A stretch of 64,000 nt of DNA from Octopus sinensis. Taxonomy: Eukaryota. The notes below the pieces were generated by a model that did not search any database, was not told where the DNA came from, and saw only the letters and a program-made list of their open reading frames with translations. Of this stretch, positions 44,761 through 57,601 are shown piece by piece. How positions within the stretch are numbered: the first letter of the stretch is position 1; each line of letters opens with the position of its first letter. The translations under genes were made by a program, and so were the position numbers. The stretch is taken from assembly GCF_006345805.1 (NCBI RefSeq), contig NC_043006.1, forward strand, positions 20,584,001-20,648,000, read 5' to 3'.

Positions 44761-45640
44761 TGATACGGTAGTACCATTGCCGGTGTACTAAACGGAATTT
44801 CTTCGACAGATAATAAAATTTCGATGCTTTTTAGCATTTGTCATCTACACGAAATGTTTTTACATGACGTTTATTGCATTCTAAGGCATTCTAAACAACA
44901 CATCTAAGTTAGGTTCGATGTGCTAATTCTATTATCGATAACAGCTAAATTATTTTTAACATTTCAGTAAACACTAGAGAGAAATCTGGACGTCTTTCGG
45001 TCTTATCATAACCTCGTCAGCGAACTATAGACTTTACTCTTCACCGGACTGAGCTATTTTCCTCAGGAATTTAAATTGTATCATTTGATAACATAAATGT
45101 ATGCTAATATATTCAGTCTCTCACAACTGTCTACTCAGGAATTAGGTTTAATCGCGGATACTTGGCTTCAGCTTTAAGATACGTCGTGAAGAAGCCGGGC
45201 ACTCAATTAGCTTCTTTTCAATACTGAATTGAAACTAGCAATATTATTATATCGGGAAAATCGTTAGAGCGTCGAACAAAATGCAATGCGGTATTTCTTC
45301 CAGCCATCTACGTTCTGGTTCCAAATCTCTTCGAGGTCAATTTTCCCTTCATTCTTTTTGAAATCGATAAAATGAAATAAAATATCAGTTAAATTGGGCT
45401 GGGGGCGGCGATGATATCGATTAACCACTTCCATTAAAAAAGCTGGCCATTTGAATACATCGGGACCCATTATCATGTCACACAAAAAAAAAACGGCTTG
45501 TTTTCAGGAAGTATAAACCTTTCTCCTCTTCCTCCTCCTCTTTCTCCTTCCCCATCACTCTCTTTGTCTTTCTCTCACTTTCTCTATCTCTATACATACT
45601 TATAAATACTTCTCTCTCTCCCCTCATCTCTCTCTCTACA

Positions 45641-45673
<33 letters not shown>

Positions 45674-45688
45674 GTGTATATACATATA

Positions 45689-46082
45689 TACTCTTTTACT
45701 TGTTTCAGTCAATTGACTGTGGCCATGCTGGAGCACCGCCTTTAGTCGAGCAAATGGACCCCGGGACTTATTCTTTGTAAGCCCAGTACTTATTCTATCA
45801 TTGTCTTTTGCCGAACCGCTAAGTGACGGGGACGTAAACACACCAGCATCGGTTTTCAAGCAATGCTAGGGGGACAAACACAGACACGCGCACACACACA
45901 CACACACATACACATATACATATACATATATACGACAGGCTTCTTTCAGTTTCCGTCTACCAAATCCACTCACAAGGCATTGGTCGGCCCGGGGCTATAG
46001 CAGAAGACACTTGCCCAAGACTGAACCCGGGGCCATGTGGTTGGTTAGCAAGCTACTTACCACACAGCCACTCCTGCGCCTA
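45689..46082 (-). mobile_element. SINE family C (small internal deletion)
   Basis: Collinear with 13305-13727. Confidence 0.92.
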
Positions 46083-46339
46083 TGTGTATGTATATATGTA
46101 TCTGTGTATATATACACATACATGTATATGTGTGCGTATATGTAAGTATGCACACACATACATGCGTGTACATACGCACACAGATAGTCATTTGGAATGA
46201 CTTGCTTGGTTCCCTAATTCTCAGTAGCGTCGCGAACAGAAACATCTCCAGGTGGGGAACGAATGAAGGCTGTCCGCCTCGGATGACGCTCTTATGGAGA
46301 CATTTTTTGGGGTATGCTGTGTAAGTTTATACGTGACAA

Positions 46340-46747
46340 GGTGAGCTGGCAGAAACGTTAGCACGCCGGGCGAAATGCTTTCGTCTGCCGTTACGTTGTG
46401 AGTTCAAATTCCGCCGAGGTCGACTTTGCCTTTCATCCTTTCGGGGTCGATAAATTAAGTACCAGTTACACACTGGGGTCGATGTAATCGACTTAATACC
46501 TATGTCTGTCCTTGTTTGTCCCCTCTGTGTTTAGCCCCTTGTGGGTAATAAAGAAATAGGTATTTCGTCTGCCGTTACGTTGTGAGTTCAAATTCCGCCG
46601 AGGTCGACTTTGCCTTTCATCCTTTCGGGGTCGATAAATTAAAAACCAGTCACACACTGGTGTCGATGTAATCGACTTAATACCTATGTCTGTCCTTGTT
46701 TGTCCCCTCCATGTTCATCCCCTTGTGGTTAATAAAGAAATAGGTAT
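46340..46747 (+). mobile_element. SINE-B head-to-tail dimer
   Basis: Junction aaagaaatag|gtatttcgtc at ~46559. Both units share the variants ttacgttgtgag, acacactgg and taatacctatgtc. Confidence 0.9.
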
Positions 46748-47186
46748 GACAAACTGGAGGATTGCCCGGGAAGGATATACTCTAGCTATGTCACTGTAGT
46801 AGGTATGCTTTTATGTTGACAGACTATAGCAAGTTATTAAACTAATCGGAAATGTTATTCCGGTTTCAACAGAAGTAACCTTTTAACATTTAAAGCTACC
46901 ATATTAAGATTAAATATTTCACCTGGCTTTGTGGTCAAACCGGCCACATCCAGTCTCTTACATCTACTTTGCACAAAGTCATTTTAAAAATAAAGAACCG
47001 CATCATTGAAATATTGAAGCTACGAGACAATCAATGCATGATTAATTCAAAACAACGTGAGCAAATAAGCATTACATTTGTCAGAGTGATCTGTATACTG
47101 AAGGGTTTAGGAAACAAATGCTAGTTTCTCATTGACGAGACCCTATCAAAAAATAAAAGAACATAAAAGATCTTCTCTCTTGTTTG

Positions 47187-47625
47187 CTCTTTTACTCTTT
47201 TACTCTTTTACTTGTTTCAGTCATTTGACTGCGGCCATGCTGGAGCACCGCCTTTAGTCGAGCAAATCGATCCCGGGGACTTATTCTTTGTAAGCCCAGT
47301 ACTTATTCTATCGGTCTCTTTTGCCGAACCGCTAAGTGACGGGGACGTAAACACACCAGCATCGGTTGTCAAACAGTGCTAGGGAGACAAACACAGACAC
47401 ACAAACACATACACACACATACATACATACACACACATATATATATATATATACATATATACGACAGGCTTCTTTCAGTTTCCGTCTACCAAATCCACTC
47501 ACAAGGCTTTGGTCGGCCCGGGGCTATAGCAGAAGACGCTTGCCCAAGATGCCACGCAGTGGGACTGAACCCGGAACCATGTGGTTGGTTAGCAAGCTAC
47601 TTACCACACAGCCACTCCTGTGCCT
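47187..47625 (-). mobile_element. SINE family C, full length
   Basis: Collinear with the other copies; empty target site aagctacttacc. Confidence 0.93.
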
Positions 47626-48228
47626 ATATGTTTAACTCTTCCCACTAGCTTTTTATTTAGCGACTTCCCTATAGAAGTGTTATATATATATATAATACGG
47701 CACTACAAGTATTTTATATCTGTGTTACTTATTAGTACTTCCAACATTTAACATGAGTGCTCATTAAGTGTTGCTCTTGAGAAATGCATGGTACGATATG
47801 AAGTTACATAGAGAAATCTATCTGTAATATATATAATTATCATATATCTCGTTTTCAATGTACTCGGACAAGCGCGCGCGCGCAGACACACACGCAAACA
47901 CACATATACAAACACACATATACATACACACGGACACGCACGGACATACACGGACACGAATGCTTATATACACGTACACTCATTTATACCGACACTCCCA
48001 TATATGTACATATCTATGTATACATACAAATATATATATATATAAACGCATACACACACACATACATACACACATACATACATACATACATACATACATA
48101 CATACATACATACATACACAAGCACATATATTTATGTATGTGTAGGTATGTATCTGCTCGAGTGTGTATGAATATACATGTACGAGTGTATATACACACA
48201 CTTACACACACACACACGGATATGTATG

Positions 48229-48268
<40 letters not shown>

Positions 48269-48555
48269 TATATATATTATATATATATAAGATATTACAT
48301 TATAAATGCACACATACATACAGTTAATGTTGAAACTGTTTATACATATATGTATTTCTATCTTTCTCTTTCTCTCTCTCTCTCTCTTTTTCTTCTTTCT
48401 CTCCCCTCATTAATATGCCAAAGTATAGCCGTATGGTTAAGTTTTCAAAGGTATTCAATCTGACACATAATATGCAAATTTCTTTTCACGCTTGTGAACT
48501 ATAAAGCAAAAAAAAAAAAAAATCTTCGTATCTCTGATATTTACTTCATCTCTCT

Positions 48556-48559
<4 letters not shown>

Positions 48560-48604
<45 letters not shown>

Positions 48605-48606
48605 CC

Positions 48607-48650
<44 letters not shown>
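48560..48650. repeat. (CAT)n microsatellite
   Basis: Near-perfect run. Confidence 0.95.
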
Positions 48651-48683
48651 GGTGACTTTCAGCTCCTCCCGGTTCTTGCATAC

Positions 48684-48897
48684 CTATTTCTGTACTACCC
48701 ACAAGGGGCTACACACAGAGGGGACAAACAAGGACAGATAAACGGATTAAGTCGATTATATCGACCCCAGTACGTAACTGGTACTTAATTTATCGACCCC
48801 GAAAGGATGAAAGGCAAAGTCGACCTCGGCGGAATTTGAACTCAGAACGTACGGCAGACGAAATACGGCTACGCATTTCTGCCAACTCGCCGCCTTA
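48684..48897 (-). mobile_element. SINE family B (deletion in the head)
   Basis: Collinear with 3232-3464. Confidence 0.88.
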
Positions 48898-49562
48898 TCT
48901 ATCATACACTTCCGTGTTGGTATAGAAGCAGAATCAGTTGCCAGTTTTTGGACAGTCTATCCCACTTCTGACTTGTCTGCATCTATCTGATCAATTTACA
49001 AATTCACTGAAGGCTCTTCCCTTCTTTTTCATATAACATAACAAACATCAGTCCCTAGTTAACTTCATCATAGCACCCCGTCCCCGACCACTGCTTATTA
49101 TTCAAGGGAGCTAACCCAGTCCAAATTATCAAGGCAACACACCCGCTATATTTTTCCTGCTACAGAACACATGTAGTACCGAGAGGTAATACTTATTCCC
49201 CACCTCAACGTGGATGTTCTTGCGATAGGTGCCATGAGAGAAAATGTCTGGCTTTTGTTGCAAAATGCACCCTTCTTTAGATCACCTCTCAGTCAAGGCT
49301 AATACTCTCACTACTTCTCCTTCACTAAATTACTGTTTTCTCTCCTCCACCGCGTCCGGCGTGATTCTGGACACGGACACACACACACACATACACACAC
49401 ACACACACACACCACACACACACACACACACAAACATACACACACACACACACTCACACACATATATGTATGTATGTATGTATGTATATATATATATATG
49501 TATATATATGTATGTATGTAAAAATATATAAAAACACTACGCTCATTATTATTAAGCTGTTG

Positions 49563-49790
49563 AAGGGCGGCAAAATGGCAGAATCGTTAGCACGGCGGGC
49601 AAAACGCTTAGCAGCATTTTGTTCGTCTTTACTTACTGAGTTCAAATTCCGCTGGGTTCAGCTTTGCTTTTCGTCCTTTTTAGGGTCGATGAAATAAGTA
49701 CTAGTTGAGCACTGGAGTTGGTATAACCGAATTACCTACTCCCCGAAATTGCTGGCCTTGTACCAAAATTTGGACCCATTATTAAGCTAG
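49563..49790 (+). mobile_element. Old SINE-B variant with a ...aaattgctggccttg... tail
   Basis: Diverged head and core. A similar tail is seen at 60793-60985 and ~26765-26850. Confidence 0.7.
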
Positions 49791-50041
49791 TGTTTGGAAC
49801 ATAAATGAACGTGTTGGAAGATTATAATTTAGGTAAATTTAAAATAGAAATTTGTATCATAGGACCAAGGGAAGTCGAGGGTGGGTTGGATTAATATTAG
49901 AAGGGTTAAGCAAGTAAGAGTATAAGATTCTCATATGACCCTGAGCAGAACGCCCGTGCATCACAGGGTTTAACCAGGGATTGTAAATAATTGGTTGGAA
50001 CATTTTCAATCAACTATTTTCATAGCAGGACTATTTTCACA

Positions 50042-50203
50042 GCAGGAGTGGCTGTGTGGTAAGTAGCTTGCTAACCAACCACATGGTTCCGGGTTCAGTC
50101 CCACTGCGTGGCATCTTGGGCAAGTGTCTCCTGCTATAGCCCCGGGCCGACCAATGCCTTGTGAGTGGATTTGGTAGACGGAAACTGAAAGAAGCCTGTC
50201 GTA

Positions 50204-50249
<46 letters not shown>

Positions 50250-50485
50250 TGTGTGTGTATATGTTTGTGTGTCTGTGTTTGTCCCCCTAGCATTGCTTGA
50301 CAACCGATGCTGGAGTGTTTACGTCCCCGTCACTTAGCGGTTCGGCAAAAGAGACCGATAGAATAAGTACTGGGCTTACAAAGAATAAGTCCCGGGGTCG
50401 ATTTGCTCGACTAAAGGCGGTGCTCCAGCATGGCCGCAGTCAAATGACTGAAACAAGTAAAAGAGTAAAAGAGTAAAAGAGAGTA
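50042..50485 (+). mobile_element. SINE family C, full length
   Basis: Head gcaggagtggctgtgtggtaagtagcttg; (AAAAGAGT)n tail. Confidence 0.93.
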
Positions 50486-51106
50486 TAGCAATCAATCAAT
50501 CAATTTTAACTGGGATACAGGCCAATCAATAATTGCAATTAATTGTCAATTATTTTGCCGAACGTAAGAACACCATATATCTTGGAGTGTTCGCTTCGAT
50601 TTAGATAAGAGCCAAAATAATAGGAAAATAAAAGGCACATCTTATAGTTTCAAAAAACTTTATTATCAGAAAACGTTCAAAGTTCAGTTTTATTGATTTA
50701 GAATAGGGAACAAACAGCATGTAAACTCTACATTGTACAGTAGTTGGAAAACAAATAAATTGAATGTCTTTAACTGAAAGAGTTTCTCAAACGAGTAGCA
50801 CAATTAAAATGTTCTAATATAGCAAAAGGTCACGAACGATAGCAGGTTTCTGAAACTAGGTCTGCATCCCTGAAAGCGCGATTGACTTTTGGAAATAATT
50901 GCATTTCTTAATTCATTGGTGTTAAGTATTGCCGAAAACCATTAAAAGCATTACTTGCTGAGCTGAAGAAACGTTCGAAGATGTTGGACGGTGGTAACAA
51001 AAATCTACAGTTTAGATATCACCGAGGTGAAATGCATCTTTCTTGTGTTTTTTTCAAACAAACTTAAGCGAAATCATCATCTTCTACAGGTAAATAAGAC
51101 TGTTGT

Positions 51107-51479
51107 GTGGAGGCGCAATGGCCCAGTGGTTAGGGCAACGGACTCGCGGTCATAGGATCGCAGTTTCGATTCCCAGACCGGGCGTTGTGTGTGTTTATTG
51201 AGCGAAAACACCTAAAAGCTCCACGAGGCTCCGGTAGGGGATGGTGGTGATCCCTGCTGTACTCTTTCAGCACAACTTTCTCTCACTCTTACTTCCTGTT
51301 TCTGTTGTACCTGTATTTCAAAGGGCCGCTGTCACGCTGAATGTCCCCGAGAACTACGTTAAGGGTGCACGTATCTGTGGAGTGCTCAACCACTTACACG
51401 TTAATTTCACGAGCAGGCTGTTCCGTTGATTCGGATCAACCGGAACCCTCATCGTCGTAACCGACGGAGTGCTTCCACC
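51107..51479 (+). mobile_element. SINE family A (small internal deletion)
   Basis: TSD aagactgttgt at 51096-51106 and 51480-51490. Confidence 0.93.
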
Positions 51480-51493
51480 AAGACTGTTGTGAC

Positions 51494-51656
51494 CACTAGC
51501 GAAGGTACAGTGTGTGCTGTCCGAGGCGGCCTTACTGTTTGCCGCCGCCAGACCCCACAAAACAACAGATATTGCCTACAGTAGACCCAAAAGTGCCACC
51601 CCTTTAAAAGTGCCGTCCGAGGCCGACCACCCCTACCACCCCTAGCTACGCTAGTG
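51494..51656. mobile_element. hAT-type MITE, 163 bp
   Basis: TIRs cactagcg / cgctagtg. 8-bp TSD gttgtgac at 51486-51493 and 51657-51664. Confidence 0.85.
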
Positions 51657-51899
51657 GTTGTGACGTGCCTGTCACCACTTTCAGCTGATGTAGAGTAGTC
51701 ACTTCATCCGCAGTTAGCTCTGCTTCTGCAGGTAAACTTTTCAAAACTCCAATTTCAAAATTTGTGCTGTGCACAATGGCTGCCGATTGAATCAAATATT
51801 TTAATAAAACTCCTCGTAAAAATACAATGCGAAAATTTCATCAAAAAGAATTCGAGCATCTCCCAAATCTTTTTCTGTTTTTTTGCAAAGCAACTGTTA

Positions 51900-53060
51900 C
51901 TGAGCGTAACTTACGTAAATTGTCTTTTAGAGTTTGCAGATCATTATGATCAAGGTGGTGTCAACAGATAATCAATCAGCTTTGGATCGCCTTGAAAAGA
52001 GTCTAAAAACAGCTTGAGTTGGATGTACCTCTCAATCATGCCATAAGTACTGGACCAAGGGGTTTTATTTCTTTGTATAGATTGAAAGGGCGTTTTTCCC
52101 CTATGTTTACCCGCAAGTTTTAATGATTTTAGCTTGCCCATCAACATTTTAATTTTATCAAGTAGAACTTCCTGCTTGTCGAGATAAGCAGAAAGAACTA
52201 GAGTGAATTTATGAGAGACACATTCAATCAATGGTATTCTACACAAATTCGCTATAGATTTGTCCACTTCAGTATTATCTCCAGCAATAGATACAGCATT
52301 TTCTAATTTTTTGTTATAGATACTTAAAACGTACTCTATAAATTCGACATAATCAGAGGCAGTGAATGATGCTTTACTTACCATTGGCGAAAATACCGGA
52401 TTTTTGTCAGTGAACAGGTCGCGGACTTTAGCGACGAAAATATTTTGACAAATTAAGCTTAAATGTTGAAGTGAATCGAACGGCTTTTGTGTGTTTCTTA
52501 AATGGCTTACAAACACCTTCCACGCTGCAATTGTTTTGTGTTCCAGCACACGATCTCAGATCAAATCACTTGCTATGCGAGTACATCTCAGTAAAATAGT
52601 TATTTTGATAATTGCACGAATAAGATGCAAAAAGTCCAGTTAAATGCGTTGTACCCTTAGTCCAACCGTCGATTATTTACTTCGAAGTTCATCAGATATC
52701 TTCTTTTCCACTGCACGGGTAAGTCTCTCCACGTATTTCTTATTTGTGTACATACGAATCAGTGGGTCGTCAGTAAAGGAAAATAGTTTTAAACCGACAC
52801 ATACCTACTCAATGCAACCATAAACGTTTAAGGCCGAGCGACTGGCCACACTATTTCTTGGTGAAAGAAAACTCGATAAAAATGGTTCTCCAGTTGCTTG
52901 TGTAGTAGAATACTCTGGATGCTGGTTTTGTATATGATTCATAATTTGTCCATCCAGTTCCTTTTTCTGGATCAATTTTTTTCCACACTTGCTTTTCCAT
53001 ACATGTTCACTGTCTGGTTAAAATATTTTCTGACGATTTTATCGTTTTCACGCGGCGTGG
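51900..53060 (-). pseudogene. hAT transposase remnant (BED-like finger plus RNase H-like core)
   Basis: SIAGDNTEVDKSIANLCRIPLIECVSHKF...IQRNKTPWSSTYGMIERY. An upstream frameshifted KCGKKLIQKKGTGWTN..NHIQNQHPEY-like segment. Confidence 0.78.
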
Positions 53061-53212
53061 GTTAGTTTAAAATAAAAGATATTTCGCCACAGTTTAAAAT
53101 AGGAGAAATTTTGCCACCACTCCACAGATGAAAGTCTGATTCAGTTAATATGTTGGAGCAGAATTCAAGATACAACCGCGTTGCAGGCGAAGTTACGATT
53201 TAATGACTTGAA

Positions 53213-53521
53213 GACAGAATGTGTGAATCATTCTCGGCAGTTAAAACCAAGCAATTATTTGATAACATACACAATAACCAATTTCCAAACACGACAGAAT
53301 GTGTGAATCATTCGAGGCGGTCATAACCAAGCGTCAACACTCGACTGCGGTTATTTGACAATATACACAATAACCAAATTCCCAAGCCTGACAGAATGTA
53401 TACCATTCATTCTCAGCAGTCCGAATCAAGCATCAACGCTTGACAACGCACACAATAATCAAATTCCTAAACATGACAGAATGTGTGAATCATTCTCAGC
53501 AATCAGAACAAAGCGTCAACA
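53213..53521. repeat. Diverged ~80-97-bp minisatellite, ~3.5 units
   Basis: gacagaatgt recurs at 53213, 53293, 53390 and 53475. Confidence 0.8.
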
Positions 53522-53681
53522 CGCACAACAGCGATGCATACACACTCACGCGCACACATATGTAGATACATACATATTTACATTGAAATATAGAAGATGG
53601 CTGTCCACTCGTGACCGAAGAAGACCATCACTGACCATTAATAATATTTTTCATACATACATACATACATACATACATACA

Positions 53682-54071
53682 TGGAAGCACTCCGTCGGTT
53701 ACTACGGTGAGGGTTCCGGTTGATCCGAATCAACGGAACAGCCTGCTCGTGAAATTAACGTGTAAGTGGCTGAGCACTCCACAGACACGTGCACCCTTAA
53801 CGTAGTTCTCAGGGATATTCAGCGTGACACAGAGAGTGACAAGGCCGGCCCCTTGAAATACAGGTGCAACAGAAACAGGAAGTAAGAGTGGAGTGAGAGA
53901 AAGTTGAGGCGAAAGAGTACAACAGGGGTCGCCACCACCCCCTGCCGGAGCCTCGTGGAGATTTAGGTGTTTTCGCTCAATAAACACACACAACGCCCGG
54001 TCTGGGAATCGAAACTGCGATCCTCCGACCGCGAGTCCGCTGCCCTAACCACTGGGCCATTGCGCCTCCAC
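53682..54071 (-). mobile_element. SINE family A inserted in (CATA)n
   Basis: Full length; (CATA)n on both sides. Confidence 0.93.
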
Positions 54072-54511
54072 ATACATACATACATACATACATACATACA
54101 TACTAGAACGGTGTATTTGCCAATTGAACGTCGAATGAATTATGAGCCATTTAAAAAACTTTCGCTGACAATGTTACAATTAACTGCAATTAATTGCAAT
54201 TAATTGATATGATAGCTATTAATTATTTAATTGGCAGTACGGCCCCAATCAATTAATTGGGTCAATATATTTCAATTAATTTTTCATTAGTCAATTTTTC
54301 ACAACCCTCGGGTTTAATCCCTCCAGCTACCAGCTAACAGTGATAGGGTTTTAAAAGAGAACGGTGTAGAACAACATCAGATGAAGCCTCGTGCGCAAGG
54401 TCATAATGAGCCGTCAATGCAGGAATCGAACCTACGACTTACATATCGTGAGCCTAACAACCCTGACCACTCGGCCAACTGAATTCTTGGTGTAAAAACA
54501 TATATATATTT

Positions 54512-54740
54512 TTTTACTGCCCACAAGGGGCTAAACACAGAGGGGACAAACAAGGACAGACAAAGGTACTAAGTCGATTACATCGACCCCAGTGCGTAAC
54601 TGGAACTTAATTTAATCGACCCCGAAAGGATGAAAGGCAAAGTCGACCTCGGCGGAATTTGAACTCAGAACGTAACGGCAGACGAAATACGGCTACGCAT
54701 TTCGCCCGGCGCGCTAACGTTTCTGCCAGCTCGCCGCCTT
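54512..54740 (-). mobile_element. SINE family B, full length
   Basis: Collinear with 3232-3464. Confidence 0.9.
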
Positions 54741-54767
54741 TATATATCTTATCTTCTACTGCAGAGA

Positions 54768-55154
54768 GGAGGCGCATTGGCCCAGTGGTTAGGGCAACGG
54801 ACTCGCGGTCATAGGACCGCGGTTTCGATTCCCAGACCGGGCGTTGTGAGTGTTTATTGAGCGAAAACACCTAAAAGCTCCACGAGGCTCCGGCAGGGGA
54901 TGGTGGTGATCCCTGCTGTACTCTTTCAGCACAACTTTCTCTCACTCTTACTTCCTGTTTCTGTTGTACCTGTATTTCAAGGGGCTGGCCTTGTCACTCT
55001 TTGTGTCATGCTGAATATCCCCGAGAACTACGTTAAGGGTACACGTGTCTGTGGAGTGCTCAGCCACTTACACGTTAATTTCACGAGCAGGCTGTTCCGT
55101 TGATTCGGATCAACCGGAACCCTCATCGTCGTAACCGACGGAGAGCTTCCATCC
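54768..55154 (+). mobile_element. SINE family A, full length
   Basis: TSD actgcagaga at 54758-54767 and 55155-55164. Confidence 0.93.
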
Positions 55155-55764
55155 ACTGCAGAGAACGAATAAGTTAGTGACCGTTGTCTTTGTTCACTGC
55201 CACCATGACACGTTACAGTGACTAATGTTGTCATTGGACAAATACCCCACAGAGAACTTTACTTTCGTAGATGGAGTATCTGAAGGGTGGTTCTAGACAG
55301 GAGTTTACTATGAAGGAGCAGTGACTGTAACCTCAGAGGAGAAATGATTCATGATAGCAACATCAATATGGCTTCTTTTATGCCCAGAAAAAAATACACA
55401 CACGCACTGATACACACACGCACATACAGACAAACAGCCATACACGCACACACACACACACACACACACCACACACACACACAATACACACACACTCTCT
55501 CTTTCTGTCTCTCTCACACACATCCACACATACTCACACATTGCCTTCCCACACACTCACACATTACCTTCCTACACACATTCACACACTACCTTCCTAC
55601 ACACACACACACACTACCTTCCTACACACACTCACACAAAGATATACTCTGTCATGCACAAACACACACACACACACGCACTCACAGACACATCCTCTCT
55701 CTCTTTCTCTCTCCCTCCCACTCTCTCTCTCTCTTTCTCTAACACACACATGTGGATATACATA

Positions 55765-55935
55765 CATAGGTGAAGGCGTAGCTGTGTGGTAAGAAGTTTG
55801 TTTCCCAACCGCATGGTTTCGGATTCAGTCCCACTGAGTGGAACCTTGGGCAAGTGTTTTCCCCTGCAACGCCGGGTCGACCAAAGCGTAGTGAGCGAAC
55901 CTGGTAGATGGAAACTGAAAGAAGTCTGTCAGCCG
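55765..55935 (+). mobile_element. SINE-C 5' half, older copy
   Basis: Diverged head through gaaactgaaagaag, ending at (TA)n. Confidence 0.75.
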
Positions 55936-55971
55936 TATATATATATATATTATATATATATATAGATATAT

Positions 55972-56006
<35 letters not shown>

Positions 56007-56097
56007 CAGAAATACTAAATTTCTAAATCTCTCGTAGAGACATGTACGGTGGTAGGGCGACAGTATACAACCATTCTATATATATATATATATATAT

Positions 56098-56306
56098 TCA
56101 AAATGTGACCGTGTGTGTACCGTTGGCGATTTTTTTCCTCCGTCTTCCTTTCTCTGGATCTTTCCTCTTCCTATGTTTCTGACGAAGAGCTCCGCTCGAA
56201 ACGTAAAACCCTCCTTCTTCCCTTCCTTCCTGAGCATCCAATAATACTATATTTGTTCCACGTCCTCGCGTTGTTGTGTTTTCTCTTTGTGTTTTCATGT
56301 TTGGAT

Positions 56307-56310
<4 letters not shown>
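56098..56310 (+). mobile_element. ~210-bp Penelope-like repeat with hammerhead, between (TA)n tracts
   Basis: Homologous to the reverse complement of 29030-29233. Confidence 0.72.
56175..56209 (+). ncRNA. Minimal type I hammerhead ribozyme motif
   Basis: GTTT-CTGACGA-A-GAGC(TCC)GCTC-GAAA-CG-TA-AAAC. Stem I is GUUU/AAAC, and the predicted cleavage is after GUA (56205). Confidence 0.72.
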
Positions 56311-56400
<90 letters not shown>

Positions 56401-56410
56401 TATATATATG

Positions 56411-56443
<33 letters not shown>

Positions 56444-56900
56444 AACGTTGTTAAATCTGGGAAAGCTTGTTCGCACTATCTTTTCCCAAAACGAGCTCTG
56501 CTGCATGGAGTAGACTTAATTTTATGAGAGACTCTCCAATCTTATGGCTCTTCTTGCTCTTCGCAATCAACATGGCGATCTCATAGGAAGTCTCAATGAC
56601 CATTGAAGTTTGTTGCCGAGATGCCTCACTACCGTCCAACTTGCTTCAAGGAATGTCTTTTTGTTTCAAAGAATGCCTTCGGATGTCTGCAAGAGCAAGA
56701 TGTGTTGTCCTCAAGTGACGTTCCAAGCGTGAGAGTCGCATTCCATCATGGCCCCAAGTCTTATAACATATCACACACTGGGGGAGTTCTGTGTCACCCT
56801 TTTGGAGGGACACGAATCCAAATCGAATATATTCATCAAGATACTTCCGTTTCTTTGCACTCATTGCGAATTATTTGATGTGCAGTAGACAACACAAATA
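56444..56900 (-). pseudogene. hAT (Buster/Charlie-type) transposase N-terminal fragment
   Basis: KRKYLDEYIRFGF...PQCVICYKT...MRLSRLERHLRTTH and SYEIAMLIAKSKKSHKIGESLIK. Truncated at (TG)n. Confidence 0.8.
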
Positions 56901-57601
56901 TTATGAACAAAGATAAGGCACGTGTAAGGTAATGTCAAAGCCCAAATTAGAAGACTATCCCAAGTTAGAATGCTTCGAGTAAAAAGTTCTGAAAAAAAAT
57001 TGAAACAAAAATATTCGGAATAAAAGTTAAATTTAAAAAAAAGTTATATAAAAAATTTGAACAATAAAATATTGTATTTACTTGTACGAAAATATAAAAA
57101 AATGTTTCTTCAAAAAAGAAAAAAAAATTGCATTGCTTTTAGTTTTACCTAGTACTTTCTGTAATATTTAAATCTGAATTTTAATATAACATTTGGCTTT
57201 ATATAACTTTTTTCTCATAAAAAAATTTACTACATTTTTAACATAAACATAGTAGAACCTATTACATACTTTTTGTTTTATTTCCTATTTTTAAAGATAT
57301 CATGCTTTTCATTTTACTAAAATTTTAAAATAGTTTTCTGTTTTTTAAATTAAGTTAATATTTCTTAATATGTTACTATAATGATTTGATAATGTTTCAG
57401 CGTGTCTCTTGATTTTTAAGAACCACATTATTTAATATATATGAAAACTGTGGATCAGACTTGTTTATAACCTATAAACTGAAAAAAAAACAGGCAATAA
57501 CTACTATATACCTGATTATCAAGAAATAGAGGTCTCTAGACCAGTGCGTCATCCCTTGAGAAAAAGCAGGAATTTGGAAAAAGCAGGAATTTGGAATGCA
57601 A

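Noticed and set aside
46182-46320. Candidate exon (cag| ... |gtaagt, open in one frame)
   Set aside because: No recognisable protein similarity or partner exon, and the acceptor lacks a pyrimidine tract. Needs RNA-seq.
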